Source: Laetmonice hystrix (lineage: Eukaryota). Taken from it: 64,000 bases of DNA. Below are positions 51,301-64,000 of this stretch, in pieces. Location: NCBI GenBank assembly GCA_965235115.1, contig OZ249436.1, forward strand, positions 39,434,001-39,498,000, read 5' to 3'. Position 1 is the stretch's first letter; each line of letters begins with the position of its first letter. Made by a program: the position numbers and the translations under genes. The notes under the pieces are model-generated. The model saw only the letters and a list, made by a program, of their open reading frames with translations, made no database searches and was not told the DNA's origin.

Positions 51301-54300
51301 ATAAAATACTGATATAACGAATTCGGCTATAGCCAAATTACGTCTATAACGAAGGCAAATTTCCCTCCAAACTGAGGATTTTCCCAGTTATAACGAAGTA
51401 GTAGGCCTGATGTGTCACTCTAGTGGCCCAGACGGAATAATTTTCGACATGAATTCAAAGGTGGGCCCTGTCCCTCCCCACAAACTGATTTCTTTGAAAT
51501 TTTCAATGACAATTCCCCCATATATCCGCCCCTTAATTCCGAAAATTTGGTTAAAAAATATCAAAACACAAGCACTCTAAATTCATAAAAGCCGCCTGCC
51601 GCCCGCCAGAGTCTATAATTCCCGACTATTAATGAATTAAAAGGGACACCCTGTCCCTCCCCCTAAACCGATTTCTTTGAAATTTTCAGCACCAATTCCC
51701 CAATATATCCGCCCTTAGATCTGAAAATTTGGTTAAAGAATATCGAGAACTGTATAAATGAACTTATAAACACAGGCACCCCAAACTCAGGTATAGGCCT
51801 GAGCCGCCCATGCACCAGAGTCTTATTATAGGCTAATTCCCAACATGAATTAAAAGGTGAGCTCTGTCCCTTCCCCTGAACCGATTTCTTTGAAATTCTC
51901 GGCATCCATTGCCCTATATATCCGCTCATAAATCTGAAAAATTGGTTAACGAACTGTATAAATGCTGAACTTATAAACACAGGCACCCCAAATTCAGATA
52001 GGCCTATACAAGACGCCCGCCGCTCTCGCAGGGCGAGAGCTCTGGCGGCAAATAGTAGGCCTAGGCCTATATATTTCATCATCATTTTTTCCATAAAAGC
52101 ATACGCAGGGTCTAGACCCCCTCCCCCCCCCCCTAGTATGGTTTGTACGCTCGTGAAAATGATGAAAATGATGAACGGCCCCTAACACTTCAGCAATCTT
52201 GGTCTTGGCGGATACCGCTGAAATATGCTTTTACCTGAGCCTGTATGTTTCAAGGTGAAGTTCTCATCAGCGAACTTCTTGCCATAGATACTCTGGCCTC
52301 CTGTTCCATTGTGCTTTGTGAAGTCTCCACCCTGGCACATGAAGCCAGGAATGATCCTGTGGAAGCTGCTGCCCTTGAAGCCAAAACCTTTCTCTCCAGT
52401 ACACAGGGCCCGGAAGTTTTCTGGATCACAAATAAATACAATGACTTATTTTTAAGATAGTACATGAAGTACATGAATCATATGACCTCATACTGACTCA
52501 GTAAACAAGTGCCCTTACATTAAGTTAAGTCAGGGATCCCAGCGAAAAAAAAAAAAAAAATAGCTGCAAGTTTATCTACACCACCAGCGATGGAAATGAA
52601 AAAGTTAGAGGACTTTTTCTTTTAAATATAGACAATTAAATTTCATGACTTTTTCATGGCTTTTTGAGCATTTTCGGAAATTTCATGACTTTTTAAGTAC
52701 TTAAATTATATAATTCAAATTTCATGACTTTTTTTTTAGGATATTTAAGGACGTACGAACCCTGTTTTCAATGTAATTGACCTTTAGCCTCCGAAACTGT
52801 TTGCGACCCAATTTCACCCCTTTGCGATTCAAAAACAGTATGCTTCGCAATGAATTGCTATTCAAATCCCTTCTGAGTAGCAGTCACTCTGATTCAATTC
52901 TGAAGTAATTTATCCCCAAAAATCTACCAACTCTATAATAAGAAACATACTGAAATTAACTGATGTAAACTTTCATGCACTGTTACCAGTGTTCTAACCA
53001 GAAATATTTCTCACAGTGGGGGAACCTGATGGAGAAGCATTGAAATTTCGGAGCCGCGACTGCCCAAGGGGGGTCCAGGGGAAAATTTTGAAAAAATACT
53101 CTTTAATAATTGGTGCATTCTTGTGTAGTTGAATTGAATAAAGGTGTGCCACAAAAATACTTTTTATTGTATATTTTAAGGATGTTTTGCCTTTGTACTG
53201 TACATATAAAAATTATAGTATACTGTTTTTTGGTGGTTTTTTTTCATTGCAGAATCCTGTAATCATCTCACCACGCATCATGAAGATGACAACTGCAGAA
53301 ATAAATGTCTATATTTTATTTCAGCTGAGACAAAGGCAGATCCAGGCGGTACAGGGGGCACGTGCCCCACCATTTAGCTTCCCTAATATATTAATGGGAA
53401 ATCAAAGTTAAAAGTTCATTTTTTTCCCCAGATAAGACACATCACACCATGCGTGGACATGCTGCTCAAAGCAAATAATTGTAACTTCTGACACAAAAGT
53501 ACTAGATTCAATATCACTAAGAGCTATGGCTATGCGGACGTCCACAACGTCTGCTGACGCAAGCTCTCTCCTCTGGGTTCTGCACTAGGTCAGTAGGTAT
53601 CCTTCTGACGTTTAGCTCACAGAACACTAGGTGGCGTCACCGATAACCGGAAAACAAGGCTTAATGATCGCGTATTAGCATTTGTTGGTGAGAAAACAGG
53701 AATTTATAGAAATACACATGTATGACAAATTCATAAAGAGCTTATTTCATAAACCCCTTTTTGGAAAATATCACAGCGGCGGAAGCAGTTGTCAGCACGG
53801 GGGAGCGCCGCAGTTCAGTTAGAATACTGTGTTACTTACCAGCTGTCTTTGGTACAACGTCTGCTCTCAGCTGAAATTCAAAGAATGAGAATTAGTGGTA
53901 TTCAATAACTTCCTACAATTATTAATTGCTTTGACTCAGTTTGAGTCGCTGAAAAAAACAATGCATATTTACATAAATTAAGATAAATTAATTAATTACA
54001 CCAACCTAGATAATGCCAAATCCCCTGATTTAAATAATTATTTGAATAATATCCCAAAGTTTTACGGATAGAGGTAGGCCTAATTATTCTCAAGTCACTC
54101 AGGGTTACAAATTAGGCCAAAACATCTGGGAGCCAGTCGGGCTCCCAGAATTTGAAATCTGGGAGCCTGGCAAGAAATCTGGGGGCCCGGAAATTTACGA
54201 CGGGTGATGAGTTGGGAAAAGTTGGAAAAAGTATGAAAACCAGCACTGCCTTGACGATATACGTCAACTGGAATCTACAGACCCCCTCCCCCCCCCAATA

Positions 54301-57300
54301 TAAGCCCCTACTGACTTTGTTATTCTCAACACAATCTTGCATCAATCTAAAGAATGAGGAAAATACCTCAATAAAGGTCAATGAATCCCCATTTAGAAGA
54401 AGATTCTCATATGAGATGTGCAAAACAATATCGTCCCTCAGCTGGAAGAAAATCCAAATACATGTATTTCGGAAAGGTTAAACACAAATGCGCAGAAAGC
54501 ATAAGAAAGTACATGTACATACATGTATATGTATTCTTCTATTATCATTTTCCTACAACTACCGTAATCTTCCGTGTATAAGCCGCACTTTTTTCCTCCT
54601 CAAATTAATCATAAATCAGGGGTGCGGCTTATACATGGCCACAAGCATCTGGAGACTTCTATGTCTATGTGGAGACCAAGTCATCCCTAGGTGGCGCCAC
54701 CAACGCTATTATTACACCCCTAGTGGTGGTATTGCAAATAAAGTATTAATGTTATATATTTAAAGAAACATATAGAGAGAGATATAGACAGAGAAAGATT
54801 CTGGGCAAGATCATCATTTGAATGGGACAAAGGACAGGCATTTCTGATGGGAACTGGCCTGCTTTATACCCACAACCCCTTAATACCCATTGTTTTACGT
54901 GTGACTCTTTGCTGACTAAGACAGTGAGATGGATTCCCAAAATAAAAGTGGGTCCTATTGTTTTCATTGCCCCTTGAAAGCAATGGCCCGTTTAACAATG
55001 GGAGGTGATGGTGGCACCGCCGTCTGGCCAATGACTTTTCACACTATGGCCAAGCTGGTGAAACGGTACCGGTGAAACACCTAGCTGATACACGTCTCAG
55101 CCTGTAGGGTTGATGGTTGGGGCCCAACTTTGCTATGACTGGCGTCAGAAACGTGAATTTTTTTTTTCTCCGACTTTTGCTCTAAAAACGGGGGTGCGGC
55201 TTATACATATATGTATGTCACTTAGCTTACAGATGAGCTAAAGTTGCCATCAACTTGACAATTTGAAGCCACCTGTTGTAAAGAGTGAAACAGTTGTAGT
55301 TTGGCACCTTTGGTCCCTAGAGGACAGTGGCAGTCATACAACATGTGCTGGACATGTTTGTTTTGGCAGCATTAAATATTCCCAGGCCTCTGATTTTTCC
55401 TGTATTGCTAGATTTCCGGCTTTTTCTATTGCAAAGTTACCCCTCTATGATCGGTACTAATCCATTGAGATCTTATAATGGAAATACTAGGTGGAGGTAG
55501 AACTTGTCCAAATTTGTCAAAACTTGCCAGCGAATGGTTGGAAATTGTTCCACAGTATTAAAGGCTGATATTTTAATGTACATAGCAAATTGCAGAATTC
55601 AGAAATATATTTACCTTGCTGGTGTCCCAGGGTGGTCAATGAGTACTTCCATATATATACAAATTTGTGACATGCCACTTTTAAATCGAATGGGGTACTA
55701 TACGCCAAAACACTCGGAAGGTGGCGCTTCCACCAACTAAGCTATCCAAAAACGAGGTTGCTATTGTAAAGGATAGGGTGGCTGCCATCAAGCCACGATT
55801 ACACTTCTTTCGGGTCGTTTGTAATATTCAGACATCGTGAAAAGTGTAGGAAGGGTGTTCCCTCCCTCAACAAAAAAATGTGACAATTTGCAATCTGATA
55901 CATTTTGGAGGTTTTATTTATTTTGCTTGCGAGTTTTGACCAATTTGGACCACATGAATTAAAGGGAGCCGTAAAATTCATTTTTTCGATTTATGGCAGT
56001 CTTAGAAACATATGATTCGCATACCTTGGACTCCCAGTAACATCATGTGAGACTGTTATGGCCCAGCAACCAGTATTTAGTAAGGAAAATATGCCAGATC
56101 TCTCGCAAATACGTAGCTCAGAATTAGCGAGCGGCCCACAGGATATTTGAGTTGGCCGCGGTCGGGCGATGATGACGCGTGATCACGTGACTTCCGGGTG
56201 TACATGCGGTATTTAGGTCAACGCTAGACTAGAGGGAGATTCCCTTCCACACCCGGAAGTCACGTAATCACGCGTCATCATCGCCCGACCGCGGCCAATT
56301 CAAATATCCTGTGGGCCGCTCGCTAATTCTGAGCTACGTATTTGCGAGAGATTTGGCATATTTCCCTTACTAAGTACTGGTCGCTGGGCCATAACTGTCT
56401 CACATGATGTTACTGGGAGTCCAAGGTATGCGAATCATATGTTTCTAAAACTGCCATAAATCGAAAAAATGAATTTTACGGCTCCCTTTAATTATAAGAT
56501 TTCAACAGATTTGCCCCAATCACAGTCAGAGGGGTAACTTTTTGAAGAGACAGAAATTCGACAAAAACCTCTCTGAAAAAGATCTCTGCTGGAAAATATT
56601 GATGCAGGGCAAGGGTGTAGCCTGGGGGGTTTCCGTGGTGCCCGGAAACCGCCACCCCCTCCCCAAAAATGATAATTAATAACGAATAGATCTAAATCTA
56701 AATAGATCTAAATGAATTACTTATATTACGGTTGGGAACCCCCCCCCCCCCGCCATCTTAGTCGGAAACCCCCCTTATCTCAGTTCTGCCTACACCCCTG
56801 CAGGGGTGTAGCCCAGATTTTCTGGGTGTGTGTGTGGGGGGGGGGGGGCGGATTTTCCGAGGGGCGGGAGAACTAACTTTAAATACGCGGTACGGTAATA
56901 CTCTTTGGGTCCCCCCAGCGGTACCCCCCCCCCAGCCCCTACTGGCCCTAGCCTAGGCTAGGGGCGGGCTAGAACACTGTTACTGTACAGACTACACCCC
57001 CCCCCCCCCTCCTATGTGAGACTGTGATGTGCTTGATGCTGAATTCTATACTAGACTCTAGGAGGAAGAGGTTAGTGAGATGGGAACTTTTCTCGAGTAC
57101 ACGCACACTTCACCGTGCCCTGTTGCCACTCCTGTCTCTCAGTGTCCGTCGTTGATGGGGCTAGTAAACTTACCTCCATCGTGATCCTACCGGATTTCTG
57201 GCCGCCGATGGCGATATCAAAAAACACCTTACGATTCGCCATTGTGCTGCACTGTCTTACTAAAGTAGAGAACCGAGTGGTCGACGAACGGAGTATAAAC

Positions 57301-57314
57301 ACGGGCAGCACCAT
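48263..57314 (-). CDS. PPIF: mitochondrial-type cyclophilin (CypD-like) PPIase, 188 aa; complement join(57314-57174,53870-53840,52420-52235,50227-50152,48395-48263)
   Basis: Complete cyclophilin domain preceded by a 24-aa Arg/Ser/Thr-rich, acid-free extension [24 protein letters not shown]. All junctions GT-AG. AATAAA ~40 nt past the stop. The symbol denotes type; strict orthology is untested. Confidence 0.92.
48579..49979. mobile_element. GC-rich MITE with 5-bp TSD and a nested element (~49321-49645)
   Basis: catac|CAGGGGCGCCGCTGCC...GGCAGCGGCGCCCCTG|catac. Confidence 0.82.
50152..50227 (-). CDS. PPIF: CypD-like exon 4
   Basis: tttcag|[26 protein letters not shown]|gtaagt. Confidence 0.95.
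50849..52182. mobile_element. PIF/Harbinger-type MITE with internal ~190-bp tandem repeats
   Basis: taa|GGGGCCGTCCATCATTTTCATCATTTTCACGAGCGTAC...GTACGCTCGTGAAAATGATGAAAATGATGAACGGCCCC|taa. Confidence 0.85.
52235..52420 (-). CDS. PPIF: CypD-like exon 3
   Basis: [12 protein letters not shown]...[32 protein letters not shown]|gtaaaa, 186 nt. Confidence 0.95.
52317..54425 (-). repeat. right arm of ~2-kb inverted segmental repeat
   Basis: Reverse complement of 35566-37564; carries an extra 88 bp at ~53656-53743. Confidence 0.95.
53840..53870 (-). CDS. PPIF: CypD-like exon 2
   Basis: 31 nt, identical to 36114-36144. Confidence 0.93.
55963..56487. mobile_element. near-perfect foldback (palindromic) MITE with TTAA TSD
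   Basis: ~240-bp inverted arms around a ~45-bp loop; ttaa|AGGGAGCCG...CGGCTCCCT|ttaa. Confidence 0.92.
57174..57314 (-). CDS. PPIF: CypD-like exon 1 with presequence
   Basis: [47 protein letters not shown]|gtaagt. Confidence 0.9.
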
Positions 57315-59273
57315 GACGACACTATAGTGTATCTACAGATTGTTAGCAACCCTAAATGATGCATGAGATACTCGGCGGTCCGAACTGAATGAGCTGAAGA
57401 CCGGTCGATAAAGTCACCGTGCCACTCCCAGCCACTCGGCGCACATGGGGAGAAATGGTAAAACACAGGCCTAAAGTTACAGACCGTAATAACGGGTTCG
57501 GCGCACTGCACGCCTGATAGGCTACCCGCCAAGGATGGTGATCATTCCACCATCCTTGGTCGTTAGATCTAGGCCTCATGTAGCCTACACAACTCTGCTG
57601 CCTGTAACTAAGATCTCTACTTGTAGACCTCTTAGCTATCATTCCTAAATTTATGTAGGCCTAGGTCTAACGGTGGAACAGCTAGCCGGCAGATCTAGGG
57701 GGCCGTCCATAAATGACGCCACATGTGTTTTTTTTTTGGCGGGAAATTAGGCTAGTCAGAGCTATGGTAAATGAGCATAGCCTAGTGGCACTTTTGAAAT
57801 GTAAAAAATCAAAATCATCTTTACTAAGCATATAGGGCAAATATATAATTGTTTTACGTCCAATGTTTTCAAAAGTGACATTGGGCAAAATTCTAGATCA
57901 AGGTCAAGGTTATAGGCTAGTGTAAAGTGTCATTACACAAACTCAGTAGTCGATAGGCCTACCGGTTAACATAGGCTACCCCACAGCGATAACAAATGAA
58001 GACATAGGGCCTATTTGATCAACAATAGGCCTAGGCCTAGGCCTATCCTCAAAGTTTCATCTGGACACGTGCTTCAATGAAAAGAACGGCCAAAACGTAT
58101 TAGGCTAGGCTACCAGTAGGCCTAACAAATTTGGATGATCATGGGACTATGACTGTGATCTCAAGCGACCATATTTCGGCCACTTTTATCATTGAAATAT
58201 TGATCATACTTTCAGTTAAGAATGTTTTTGTTATACTAAACAGGTTTTATATGAAGATGTTGCTAAGAACTGATTTTCGGAATCATATGGTACCATTTTT
58301 GCACTTAAATATAGGCCTACATATCGGTGCCATTAGTGCACTGTTTGTGTAATAACTGATGAGTTTGTGTAGTGACCACTGTGTTTGTGTAATGACATTT
58401 AATTATTGATTGATCGATTTAATCAAAATATCAGATACACCTACAAATTGCTGCAATCTCTGAAAAGCGGGCCCCTGAGAGTATCTCCTCTGGATGCGCC
58501 ATATAGATCTAGAAGGTAGAGGCTTATTTCCACAAATGATAAAGCCTAGGCCTATTCAACTTGGGCACCGCTGCTGCCACCTAGGCTATAATGTTGGGTC
58601 ATAATGGGACTAACTTTATTATCATAGGTCAAACGATATGATGTTGCGCGTATGACGGAATGTTTAGGCAGGCCTACATTATTTAGGGCTTAGGCAAACG
58701 AAGTCAGTCATTACACAAACCCATGGTACGTTGGCCAGTGTAATGACAGTTAGTGTAATGACGTTTGAAAACACTTTGTGATTGGCTGCGTTCAAAATGG
58801 CGGCTCTGTTCGAAAGGATGGCCACATTTTTCGAGAAGATACTCATGTATTTTAAGTACAAAACATTGATTCTCCCCTGTATATTTAACATCAAAGAAAT
58901 CTTGGCATGTTGTGTAATGACATGGAATAAATGTTTGGTACTCCTCTTTATCAGTAGATGGCGCAGGTTGAAGGATGTGTGTTTGTCATGACAACGGACA
59001 AACGGACATGGTTTTTTTTCTAAAACAAGTGGGTCCTACAATTTCTAGGCCCCTGAACTTGGACATGCGGTTTTTAGCGATATCCATGATTTTATGCTTA
59101 TCAAAAAACGAATATAATATAATTTAGTAAGAAAATGCGATATTGTTATTTTTCTAGTATATTCATAAACTTTAGTTCTATAGGAAAATTGACATAATAT
59201 TGTCACCCTGGGGGATTCTGGAGAGCTTTATTGGGGCTGGACGTTAATATGCTAATTTACCGTAGAATCACCC

Positions 59274-59685
59274 AGCTGGCCTAATGACAGTCCCCAAGTG
59301 CAGGAGTCAGGGTTGCGTTCCACTAACAGTGGAGCTGGCCTAATGACAGTCCCCAAGTGCAGGAGTCAGGGTTGCGTTCCACTAACAGTGGAGCTGGCCT
59401 AATGACAGTCCCCAAGTGCAGGAGTCAGGGTTGCGTTCCACTAACAGTGGAGCTGGCCTAATGACAGTCCCCAAGTGCAGGAGTCAGGGTTGCGTTCCAC
59501 TAACAGTGGAGCTGGCCTAATGACAGTCCCCAAGTGCAGGAGTCAGGGTTGCGTTCCACTAACAGTGGAGCTGGCCTAATGACAGTCCCCAAGTGCAGGA
59601 GTCAGGGTTGCGTTCCACTAACAGTGGAGCTGGCCTAATGACAGTCCCCAAGTGCAGGAGTCAGGGTTGCGTTCCACTAACAGTG
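59274..59685. repeat. perfect 59-bp tandem repeat, ~7 copies
   Basis: AGCTGGCCTAATGACAGTCCCCAAGTGCAGGAGTCAGGGTTGCGTTCCACTAACAGTGG repeated with no visible mismatch. Confidence 0.97.
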
Positions 59686-59825
59686 CATGCGTACGGGGTC
59701 CAGGGGGGATGCTTGGGGTGCTCAAGCACCCCCTCAATTATGATTTGCCCATTTTTTTAAAGGTCAATGGGGGAACTGTCCACGGCCCCCTTCCAATTTG
59801 CAGGGCCTAGATCTATAGGCCTACG

Positions 59826-60230
59826 ACGTTGGTTATTTCAGCGACAGGTGAAACGTTGGTGGCAGCGACAGGTGAAACCTCGTTGGTGGCAGCGACAGGT
59901 GAAACCTCGTTGGTGGCAGCGACAGGTGAAACCTCGTTGGTGGCAGCGACAGGTGAAACCTCGTTGGTGCATCGCAGCGACAGGTGAAACGGTGGCAGCG
60001 ACAGGTGAAACCTCGTTGGTACATCGCAGCGACAGGTGAAACCTCGTTGGTGCATGGCAGCGACAGGTGAAACCTCGTTGGTGGCAGCGACAGATGAAAC
60101 CTCGTTGGTGCATGGCAGCGACAGGTGAAACCTCGTTGGTGCATGGCAGCGACAGGTGAAACGGTGGCAGCGACAGGCGAAACGTTGGTGGCAGCGACAG
60201 GTGAAACGTTGGTGGCAGCGACAGGTGAAA
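59826..60230. repeat. variant minisatellite, ~15 units of 21-31 bp
   Basis: Core GCAGCGACAGGTGAAAC with linkers GGT / GTTGGT / CTCGTTGGT / CTCGTTGGTGCAT. Confidence 0.95.
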
Positions 60231-61738
60231 GTGCAATTAGGCCCTAGATTTGTTATCTTTCTTATTTATTTGGAATTGCTAGAGGTTTTGAAGAACCCAC
60301 TGACGGTCATGCTTAAAACTACCCCACCACATTTTTGTCCGAGTCTCAATAAAATTCGTCATAAAATATTACTTTGTTGAAACAATCCTTGGATCACTGG
60401 AATCGTTACTATATAAATATCTTCCTGGTGTATTTGCCAATATTATATTATAAGGTGATGCAGACAACATGCACAAGTTATTTTTTTGGTTAAAAAATGC
60501 TCTAAAAAAGCACACAATTTCGGCTCTAGACTGCTTAATATTGGAACGACCGGGAATCTTGTCAAAGTGCAAAAACAGGCGCTAATCCATTATCAAGTCA
60601 AAAAAAGTGGGTACCCATTGAAAGAAATCCTGTGCTCCATTTTCGTGAGAATAGGCTACATAGGCCTCTGTATAGGCCTATCAACTTCCAGTTTTAGGCC
60701 TAGAAATCCAAGTTGGTCTATCGAGCTCTATACTAATCCCGGATGTAGGCTATTTTCTTGGACAAGGGAAAATAAAATTTAAAAAATGAATAAACCAACA
60801 AATAAGCCCGCCATGGTTCTTGTTCTAAATGTTTATTGGCTGGGATACGGCTCATCTTGTGGAGTGTGAACATAACAAGCCCCAAACAGCTGAGCTTATG
60901 ACAAGTCTGGTACCAGACTCACGTCGTGCCCACTCCAGTACGGTGACGTTTGTCAGGAATTCCTGTCAGACTTTTCAACCCCACCCCCTGTACAGTGTAT
61001 CTGCAATTTTTCTGTGATTCTGTGATTTCTGAGAAGAAATGAACAATGATCAATATACACGTTCTCCTATGAAAGCTATAAAACAGGGCAGAGGAATTCG
61101 TACAATTCTGCATCTTTTACACCTTGACACTTTTGTACAAAGGAAGAGGTTTTCTATTTACAAATTTACAATAACATAAACGATGTTGAGAAATGCCCCC
61201 GGTTTCTCTTGTTGGGCGTATCTATACATGGTACAATACACAGGTCACAGGAAAATCTATTTACAGAAAGCTATAAGCACACTATTACCGTTTCTTTGAC
61301 ACCAGGACCCCTCAACACACAGAAGATACGCATACGGAGTTTCTGCATGGTTTTGTCGTGTACGGACATGTTCCGCGACAACGTGTGTTATTTCATGTGC
61401 GCTCGGCACAAACCATTTAGAAGCAATCTCATCAGTGTGAGTGACAGCATATCGTAAATGCCCTCATAGTGTTTAGCGGCCCACTTGGGTTTATTGTACG
61501 ATTTTACTGTCCGAAGGATCTCTCTTTAGGACCCATAATAATTTTTTTTTAAATTATCAACAGAAGAAGCAAAAAAAAACCCAAAAAACTTCTGGGTCAC
61601 AGAAAATCCTTATAACTATTTACGCGGGCATGCCAGGGAATCAACATGACAACCCCCGACTATAATCTACTGGTACTACACGTACCGTGACATTCGGAAT
61701 AATATTGCAATCTTTAAAAAAAATAAAACTGGTTTATA

Positions 61739-61975
61739 AAGGGTGACCCAGCAAAATTCAGGATGAGAGTTTACATAGTACTTCTAACTACTATTCACAA
61801 TAATTAATTTCAACCCTTTTCTACACACAGGTACATGTGTGTGTACACATTTAACACATAGGAACGTTCGTTTACGACATTGGCACTCCCTTTGCTCCCC
61901 ACAATGAATTGTGATTGTAAGAAGTATCTCATAAATCATGAAATATTTCATCCTGAATTTTGCTGGGTCACCCTT
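61739..61975. mobile_element. TA-TSD MITE (Tc1/mariner-type)
   Basis: ta|AAGGGTGACCCAGCAAAATTCAGGATGA...TCATCCTGAATTTTGCTGGGTCACCCTT|ta. Confidence 0.82.
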
Positions 61976-63416
61976 TAATTATTCATAAAACAGGGGGCGC
62001 AGACAATCGTAGTTGTTTTAAAATCGATTTACAGGTAAATAGTTTTGTCAACATTCCTTCTTATGACATTTATCAATGCAGAGGCCATTGGTCTGGCAAA
62101 AGTCGAACGATCTATACTGGTTTGATTGTCGTAAAATGCTTTATGTCTAACTTATTTTCAGGTTCGGGGGGTTGTATTTTTCTATTCACATGTGCTTGGT
62201 ATTACATTATTTTGACAACATGACTAGGTAGGAGGCAGTATACAGAAGACTCCCGAGATAAACCTATAGATTCATTTTTTGCGCACCACCTAAGGACTTC
62301 CCTGTAATTCAAATAACTGTCTGTCTGTCTGCAGAAAGTACACTTCAAATGTTCCTGAAAATGGGAAAACTGGAACAATATTACAGTAAACTTGACACTT
62401 GAGGTGACCCTTTCAGAGTACAGTATGTAAACTGACCCGTTCTTCTCGCGAATTTTCATCATACATTCTGTTCTTGGTTTCTCTTAATTTACCTTTGCTT
62501 TACGATCGAGTGGTACTATAAACCGTTTCTAGTGAACTAGGCGATTTACTGATTGTGATACAGACTGCCACAACCCACATATTCTCTAGACAGTCAGTAA
62601 TAATCTTTTTCTTTACTCAACAACTTCTCTTTCAACAGACAGTTTCTTTTCCTTCACTATCGTTTTCTCCCGAAGTTGTCCTCTAGTTGTCGTTTTCAGA
62701 TCTTTATTTGGCTGAGGTTCGGGACCTTACGGCATAAATAAAGCGCCACAGGGGCTTGAAGTTATTCTTCAGTAAGGGAGGCATGGTACATTTTAAACCT
62801 TACAAGACACTGGCTAGCTTGACCTTATACGTTGAAGATTTGATCTTCTCTTGGAAGGTATGCCCCTTTGTAAGCCGTTGTAAAATTTAGGGGGAGGGGG
62901 CTCGGTCCACCCCCTTTCTCGGACGCCCCTGAACGTAAGCCTACCCAAAGTCGGCCTTGCTGCATTCAAACTTGAAATAACCAAGTGCTAACAGTTGACC
63001 ATATTCTCAGGGGACAATGTCCAGTTGACCGGTGAGACGTGGCCACTCGATCATTACTGGTGATTGTAAATCAAATTCTATAACTTGTACCCAGTCTGGG
63101 GATCGTTCTATAGAGAAACATGACCACTAACAAAAAGTTTCACAACCTTCAGTGTATCGAAAACACCATGCACAACGAAATACCCATCTACGTTCTGGGT
63201 ACGGTAAAACGGACAGCTAGAGCGATATGCCATCGCCTAACTCATCCGTCCTAGCTTCCCTCAGACTTCTCATCACTTTGACTAGTGAACCACCAAAGCC
63301 ATGCATAGGTCTAACAGGGAATATGCAGTTATACCAAGATTTTAAAAATTATACAGATATCTTTTGATACGAAAACGTTCAATGAATGTGAAATCGGAGA
63401 CAATTGAAACTGCATC

Positions 63417-63525
63417 TTAAAGCCCATAATGTTTAGCACAGAATCCCTGGCAGCTGACTGCAGCAGATGCCAGGGGAGGGAGATGGCACGGCATTGGTCT
63501 AGTGAACCTATGAAGGCTAAATGAT
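63417..63525 (-). other. possible terminal exon of an unidentified gene lying right of the window
   Basis: Good acceptor tcttcatctttcag followed by a short open frame and repeat-poor, UTR-like sequence; no recognisable homology, frame uncertain. Confidence 0.2.
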
Positions 63526-64000
63526 CTGAAAGATGAAGAGTACATCCATCAAAACCATCCCCCCACAATAAAGGTGAAATTGTGATTTAAAAACCCATTC
63601 AGCACAAATAATGTTACATATTGAACCTCTGATTCCTGTGAAAACCTTTCTTATTCAGTCCAACATAGAGGAGCTAGGATTCCGTTTTCCCTTAATCTTG
63701 GAGCAACTACCAGGCCAAATACTTCTGGTTATCATAAACGCTATGACCACGATTAAAACCATCGCTTGTTTCGGTTGGTTGGCTGATAAATATTGCGTCT
63801 CTTTAAACTGCATATCGCCTCTGCCAACACCTTCTGCGGTTCACTCCAAACATGGTCTGCGATGAACTTAGCATATCACAAAACGCCTGTATACGAAAGT
63901 TTATTACACTTATGTGCATGGCATACCGTGACAAAAATTACTTCATCACCTTTTATCACCTTGTGTTTTGGACGTTGCTAGTACATTTTTAAAATGCCCG

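Noticed and set aside
51663..52094. 143-aa ORF
   Set aside because: Runs through internal tandem repeats of a Harbinger-type MITE; no domain features.
59274..59685. CRISPR array or tRNA cluster
   Set aside because: Head-to-tail identical units with no spacers and no cloverleaf.
59826..60230. CRISPR-like repeat-spacer appearance
   Set aside because: The linkers are short variants of one another, not unique spacers; no cas genes; eukaryotic context.
59767..60236. Repetitive-peptide ORFs on both strands
   Set aside because: Translation artefacts of the minisatellite.

Overview
Eukaryotic, intron-rich, repeat-dense DNA, probably from a marine invertebrate animal (TTAGGG-like repeats, many MITEs and Helitron/Helentron-like ends). 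Most short ORFs in the supplied track look spurious. Three spliced genes can be built with GT-AG junctions that are all phase-consistent. (1) The 3' part of a + strand PDZ / Zasp-motif (ALP/Enigma/Zasp-like) gene at 805-19330, with a 2.4-kb disordered exon. (2) A + strand cytosolic-type cyclophilin of 164 aa at 30787-42987. (3) A - strand cyclophilin of 188 aa at 57314-48263 with an N-terminal mitochondrial-type presequence (CypD-like). The most striking structure is in the two convergent cyclophilins. They are old, diverged paralogues, yet they share a ~2-kb near-identical inverted tract (35566-37564 vs 52317-54425) covering the end of intron 1, exon 2, all of intron 2 and the first 104 nt of exon 3. 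This indicates recent inter-paralogue conversion. It also creates a substrate for a ~14.7-kb inversion that would swap the C-terminal halves of the two proteins in frame. Other signals are a strong excess of TAGGCCTA (a probable transposon excision footprint), a gag-like fragment bracketed by duplicated Helitron-like ends, and telomere-repeat-bearing MITEs. All identities and counts were estimated by eye; no searches were run.
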